DNA from: Pseudomonas phage 201phi2-1
Sequence record: NC_010821.1
Direction: 5' to 3' (one strand)
Length of the DNA stretch: 32,000 bases
The notes under the pieces were generated by a model, which had not been told where the DNA came from, ran no database searches, and worked only from the letters and a program-made list of their open reading frames with translations. The number at the start of each line of letters is the position of its first letter. Position 1 is the stretch's first letter. The position numbers were made by a program, and so were the translations under genes. Of the stretch, positions 28,620 to 32,000 are shown piece by piece.

Positions 28620-28645
28620 GCCCTCCTTCTGGAGGGCTTCTATTC
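28620..28645 (+). terminator. Rho-independent terminator
   Basis: GCCCTCC-TTCT-GGAGGGC-TTCTATTCTT. Confidence 0.8.
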
Positions 28646-28661
28646 TTATAAGAGGCTTAAG

Positions 28662-29144
28662 ATGGATTGGAGAGTATACGCATCACTGGGACTCGTATTT
28701 CTTATTCTGTACATGCTGGTAGTGCCACCTAAAGCCGCACGTGAGAAACTCGTAGTGCAAGCTAAGCGTAAAAAGCGTAACGCAGAGAATGGTATCGTAG
28801 AGCCAAAGACCTATACCAGTATTAAGATCACAGGTATCACAGCTCGTCGGGGTGATTCAACCGTATACCTTACTGCACTCGGTGGCAATGATACGATCAC
28901 CTTTGAGGGTATCGCTAAGGGTAACTATTCAGAGACGGCTTATGTTCTGATTGACGGTCAAGGTCAAATGAAACAACATCCAACCGAGGTATTGGTACAG
29001 AATGAATACCGTAAAGGTGACTGGGGTATTCTGGCTGTAACGATGTCACCAGGTAACGTAACTCAACGCAGTATCGTACCTGGAGTAATCCATGAATCCA
29101 ACGCATTTAAGATCGAACTTAGTATGCATGTTAATCCTAAATAG
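28662..29144 (+). CDS. Membrane-anchored protein with one N-terminal TM, 160 aa
   Basis: VYASLGLVFLILYMLVVP followed by a basic segment and a soluble domain. Confidence 0.8.
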   Translation: MDWRVYASLGLVFLILYMLVVPPKAAREKLVVQAKRKKRNAENGIVEPKTYTSIKITGITARRGDSTVYLTALGGNDTITFEGIAKGNYSETAYVLIDGQGQMKQHPTEVLVQNEYRKGDWGILAVTMSPGNVTQRSIVPGVIHESNAFKIELSMHVNPK

Positions 29145-29189
29145 TATAGGTTTGCAATTTCGCAATCCGTTCTAGAAAGGATTAAACTA

Positions 29190-29543
29190 ATGGCTATTCC
29201 AAGTTTGGCCGACATCAAGGCCACAGTAAGTGCCGCTGAGATCGCTCCGTATGAAGCAGATATCACAGCACATCTGGAAACAGCGGGTACTGTTGAGTAT
29301 CTGGAAACTGCTCCGGCTGCAATGATTGTTCGTACCTACCCTGGTAAAGTAATTACCCCTCAAGGTATTGAAGCATTGAAAGCTGCTCTGACTGCTGCCG
29401 GTTGGCTTACCCCTACCGTAGTTAACGGTCACGAGATCCCTGCTAGTGGTATTGGTGTTAACACCCAGCAACCACGTCCACAGGTAACCGTAACATTTAA
29501 GCCGCCAGCGGCTACCCCACCAGAACCAGATACCGGTGGTTGA
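29190..29543 (+). CDS. Hypothetical protein with Pro-rich C-terminus, 117 aa
   Basis: ATG start, terminator just downstream. Confidence 0.8.
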   Translation: MAIPSLADIKATVSAAEIAPYEADITAHLETAGTVEYLETAPAAMIVRTYPGKVITPQGIEALKAALTAAGWLTPTVVNGHEIPASGIGVNTQQPRPQVTVTFKPPAATPPEPDTGG

Positions 29544-29552
29544 TTTTAAATG

Positions 29553-29576
29553 GTCCTACCTTCGGGTAGGACTTTA
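29553..29576 (+). terminator. Rho-independent terminator, + strand
   Basis: GTCCTACC-TTCG-GGTAGGAC-TTTA. Confidence 0.85.
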
Positions 29577-29584
29577 TACCGTCA

Positions 29585-29608
29585 TAAAGCCAGTCCTTCG
29601 GGACTGGC
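29585..29608 (-). terminator. Rho-independent terminator serving the - strand gene
   Basis: Reverse strand GCCAGTCC-CGAA-GGACTGGC-TTTATG. Confidence 0.8.
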
Positions 29609-29625
29609 AATTATGCTTTTCTTTT

Positions 29626-29859
29626 TTACAGATCTTTGAACCCTTTAGGACCAGCAAGTGTAGAAGTGGTCGTGTAGGTTTCTTTAGACGGTTTAGCCTT
29701 AGACTTCTCTACATGCTCAGGTAGTTTCTTTTTACTACCCTTGTCTTTCTCATTAAACTCTTTTGCAACTTTAGGATCGATTCCTACTTTCTTAGCGAAC
29801 TTAGGATCATGGCTAGCTGCGGCCATCAGCCGCTTTTGCGCTTCAGATTTTGATGGCAT
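29626..29859 (-). CDS. Small basic protein (MPSKSEAQKRLMAAASHDPKFAKKVGIDPKVAKEFNEKDKGS…), 77 aa; only convincing - strand gene
   Basis: ATG at 29859 with GGAG 6-9 nt upstream on the - strand; dedicated - strand terminator; N-terminus resembles a small-protein type common in phages. Confidence 0.85.
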   Translation of the reverse strand: MPSKSEAQKRLMAAASHDPKFAKKVGIDPKVAKEFNEKDKGSKKKLPEHVEKSKAKPSKETYTTTSTLAGPKGFKDL

Positions 29860-29899
29860 GATTATGCTCCAAGTGAGTTGGTGGTACATAGGATATATT

Positions 29900-29940
29900 A
29901 GAAGCCTTTTAAAGAGTATATTACAATAGTGAATTAAATA
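29900..29940 (+). repeat. 41-bp direct repeat copy A carrying TATATTAC-AATA-GTG
   Basis: TAGAAGCCTTTTAAAGAGTATATTACAATAGTGAATTAAAT, 35/41 identical to copy B. Confidence 0.85.
29918..29932 (+). promoter_or_regulatory. Promoter-like element TATATTAC-AATA-GTG
   Basis: 43 nt before the ATG at 29961; matches two other intergenic copies. Confidence 0.7.
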
Positions 29941-29960
29941 CTTTCCCTAGGAGTAATACC

Positions 29961-30272
29961 ATGCGTAGCTCGGATGAGTTCAAACATTTTCACCGCCTCA
30001 TTCACGCTGTAGATGTATTGGATGCAATCAAAAACGAAGTCATGGTCTGGGTCGACGAACACGGGCGGTTCCAGGTTGATTTCAGTATCCTCGGTAAGCC
30101 AGCTAGGGCTCGGATGCGTCTGGAAGAATGCGATGAGTGCAGTATTGACCTGTATGATGAACTGGGTCAGATCGACGGCAAACTGATTGTTGATTGCGAC
30201 ACGGCCGAGGAGTACACTAAGCTCGCGGAACGTATGATCAGTTACCTGCATCTCCCACGCGATACCTTTTAA
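29961..30272 (+). CDS. Hypothetical protein, 103 aa
   Basis: First gene after the promoter-like element; GGAG RBS. Confidence 0.8.
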   Translation: MRSSDEFKHFHRLIHAVDVLDAIKNEVMVWVDEHGRFQVDFSILGKPARARMRLEECDECSIDLYDELGQIDGKLIVDCDTAEEYTKLAERMISYLHLPRDTF

Positions 30273-30287
30273 CCCAAGGAACTTCTG

Positions 30288-30638
30288 ATGTTCAATATCG
30301 AAAACCGTGAGCAGGTCACAGATTCAGTTATTGCAGATGTATTGGAATACGCGCTGGTGGTCGGAGCGTACGACCCACTTATGGGACGTAAGTTCATGTG
30401 TAGTGCACTGTCTCAGCTTTGGTGTGACAACGTGATTAGCAGTACTGTTAGACTCGCCTGTGTGAAAGTTGTTCTTTCCGCCATCCAAGGCGATATCACC
30501 GTTGCCACATACCTGTTAAAAAACAATATGATTGACTATAACACTTTTGCATGTAAGGTTAGTCGTCATATGGAAACCTGCCGTCACTACTGGCGACTGA
30601 TTCGTAAACTACGGGGTCAACCGGCCTTGGAGATCTAA
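30288..30638 (+). CDS. Hypothetical protein, 116 aa
   Basis: AAGGAA RBS, ATG start. Confidence 0.8.
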   Translation: MFNIENREQVTDSVIADVLEYALVVGAYDPLMGRKFMCSALSQLWCDNVISSTVRLACVKVVLSAIQGDITVATYLLKNNMIDYNTFACKVSRHMETCRHYWRLIRKLRGQPALEI

Positions 30639-30639
30639 C

Positions 30640-30978
30640 ATGTTAGAAGTCTATAATGCGTGGCTGGCGCTCCCATGGGGCGCCAAGCTTTTGTGTACCG
30701 CCCCAATCATTGCGTTACCATTGATCTACTGTACTCACCCCAAACGAATGGGGATGGCGTGGTCACATGCTTGGACTCAACAAATCAACAAGGAGATATC
30801 CGCTACCCGCAAGCAGCATAAAGGAGCAGTACGTAAAGCGGAAATGGTTGAAACGTTTTATCGGGTAAAAGCAAAGCTTGCATTGGAAACAGGGGAGTTT
30901 GACTGCTACCCTGATATGACACCGGAACAACGCTACGTCTGGAATTATTTCCTAGAGCGTATACGCCCCCAACTTTAA
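30640..30978 (+). CDS. Hypothetical protein with N-terminal hydrophobic segment, 112 aa
   Basis: ATG 1 nt after the upstream stop. Confidence 0.8.
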   Translation: MLEVYNAWLALPWGAKLLCTAPIIALPLIYCTHPKRMGMAWSHAWTQQINKEISATRKQHKGAVRKAEMVETFYRVKAKLALETGEFDCYPDMTPEQRYVWNYFLERIRPQL

Positions 30979-30988
30979 GGAACTGTCG

Positions 30989-31201
30989 ATGCGTCGTGAA
31001 ATCCGCGTCAACCCATACAAGTTCAATTATGGTGATGGTAAAGGTTCTCTGACCATCCTCATGGATATCGCAAAGGAAGTGGAGTGTGATGTCGACTATG
31101 GTAGTTGGAATAGTTGCGTTACCTACATGCCCGAAGATGATGTCCAGTTCAACAAAGTTACTGAGTTGTTGGACGCATTCGAATTCGAATACCGTAGTTG
31201 A
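30989..31201 (+). CDS. Hypothetical protein, 70 aa
   Basis: AAGGA RBS, ATG start. Confidence 0.75.
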   Translation: MRREIRVNPYKFNYGDGKGSLTILMDIAKEVECDVDYGSWNSCVTYMPEDDVQFNKVTELLDAFEFEYRS

Positions 31202-31206
31202 TGTAA

Positions 31207-31247
31207 TAGAAGCCTTTTAAACGCTATATTACATTTGTGAATTCAAT
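31207..31247 (+). repeat. 41-bp direct repeat copy B carrying TATATTAC-ATTT-GTG
   Basis: TAGAAGCCTTTTAAACGCTATATTACATTTGTGAATTCAAT. Confidence 0.85.
31225..31239 (+). promoter_or_regulatory. Promoter-like element TATATTAC-ATTT-GTG
   Basis: 44 nt before the ATG at 31269. Confidence 0.7.
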
Positions 31248-31268
31248 ATTAACCCAAGGAGCATTACC

Positions 31269-31379
31269 ATGGAAATTAAAGATGTTGTTAAACAAATTGA
31301 TACAGTCGTAGCCATCGGCGTTGGCGCCATCGCTACACTGGTTGTACTCACCGCAATCGTTCTTCCAAGCAAGCGCTAA
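31269..31379 (+). CDS. Single-TM peptide, 36 aa (MEIKDVVKQIDTVVAIGVGAIATLVVLTAIVLPSKR)
   Basis: AAGGAG RBS, directly downstream of promoter-like element B. Not in the ORF track. Confidence 0.7.
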   Translation: MEIKDVVKQIDTVVAIGVGAIATLVVLTAIVLPSKR

Positions 31380-31387
31380 GGTCCCCC

Positions 31388-31630
31388 ATGCAACTGACTA
31401 ACACTGTAACGGCTTGGACCAACCAGCTTCATCATGCATTGGGTAACAAGATCGAGGAAATGATTGTAGCTGATCTCCCATCGTTCGAAGCAGATGAAGA
31501 ACTCCGCGGTTTCTTCGATCAGACCTACCTGGATCTGTACCAGCACGAAGCTTGCCCTAAGGTGCGAGCCGAAGTGATTGCTGTGATCCAAGTGCATGAC
31601 CATAAGCTCTGCCGGATTCAAATGCATTAA
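31388..31630 (+). CDS. Hypothetical protein, 80 aa
   Basis: ATG start. Confidence 0.7.
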   Translation: MQLTNTVTAWTNQLHHALGNKIEEMIVADLPSFEADEELRGFFDQTYLDLYQHEACPKVRAEVIAVIQVHDHKLCRIQMH

Positions 31631-31673
31631 AAATTGGACTCTGGTCCATCAACTTAAAGACTGGAGTATCCAA

Positions 31674-32000
31674 ATGTCCAAATTCAAAAATGCTGTAAAT
31701 ATTACATTGTTCACGATGGGTGTAGCCGGCCTGTTTGTAGACTTTTATAGTCGCAGCAAAAAGGCACATCTTCGCAACGAACATGATGACGTATCGAACT
31801 GGTTTACCATTCAGCGTCATCAGATCGACCTGCTTGAAATCCAAGCCTGCTTGTCCGGCCAAGGTCCAGCTAAGTTGGTTGAGAATCTGGCGGGTGTTAA
31901 GAACATCATCGCTTACGAAAGTATCGATCGTTTCCCAGGTAGTCCAGATGCCGCTGGCGCGCTGACGAACCTGAATGATTACATTGACGAAATCATCAAA
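31674..32000 (+). CDS. Hypothetical protein running off the right edge (MSKFKNAVNITLFTMGVAGLFVDFYSRSKKAHLRNEHDDVSNWF…)
   Basis: 109 codons open to the window end, GGAG upstream. Missed by the ORF track, which shows only an opposite-strand frame. Confidence 0.8.
   Translation, partial: MSKFKNAVNITLFTMGVAGLFVDFYSRSKKAHLRNEHDDVSNWFTIQRHQIDLLEIQACLSGQGPAKLVENLAGVKNIIAYESIDRFPGSPDAAGALTNLNDYIDEIIK

Noticed and set aside
29536-29929. ORFs 29536..29724 (-) and 29741..29929 (+)
   Set aside because: The first runs through both terminators; the second is antisense to the supported minus-strand gene and crosses the promoter repeat.
31557-31862. 101-aa minus-strand ORF at the right end
   Set aside because: Antisense to the open + strand gene starting at 31674, which has an RBS and runs off the window; the track omitted that gene only because it has no stop inside the window.

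Overview
This 32 kb window looks like part of a large lytic (jumbo-type) phage genome. Small genes are tightly packed, nearly all on the + strand, and often overlap by ATGA or TAATG. GNRA/TTCG-type hairpin terminators recur. I saw no tRNA, CRISPR array or transposase. Genes recognisable from motifs are dCTP deaminase, NAD+-dependent DNA ligase (LigA), an unusually long thymidylate synthase, a DRB0094-type RNA ligase, two tandem GNAT acetyltransferases, a DUF551-like protein and a small putative cysteine-protease-like protein. The observations most worth following up are: (1) a stand-alone degenerate LigA-like protein (Ia + nucleotidyltransferase only, KxDG lysine lost) directly upstream of and overlapping intact ligA; (2) two proteins with SspB-like (ClpXP adaptor) domains flanking a 54-aa membrane peptide; (3) a family of at least six or seven small paralogues sharing a C-terminal signature '(T/A)xYWxxV(S/N)(N/G)'; (4) a TATATTAC-N4-GTG promoter-like element, two copies of which form a 41-bp repeat flanking a four-gene cassette, resembling phiKZ-type early promoters; (5) two related exported two-cysteine proteins; (6) thymidylate synthase insertions; (7) several small genes absent from the supplied ORF track. 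All homology statements come from reading motifs by eye; no database search was run.
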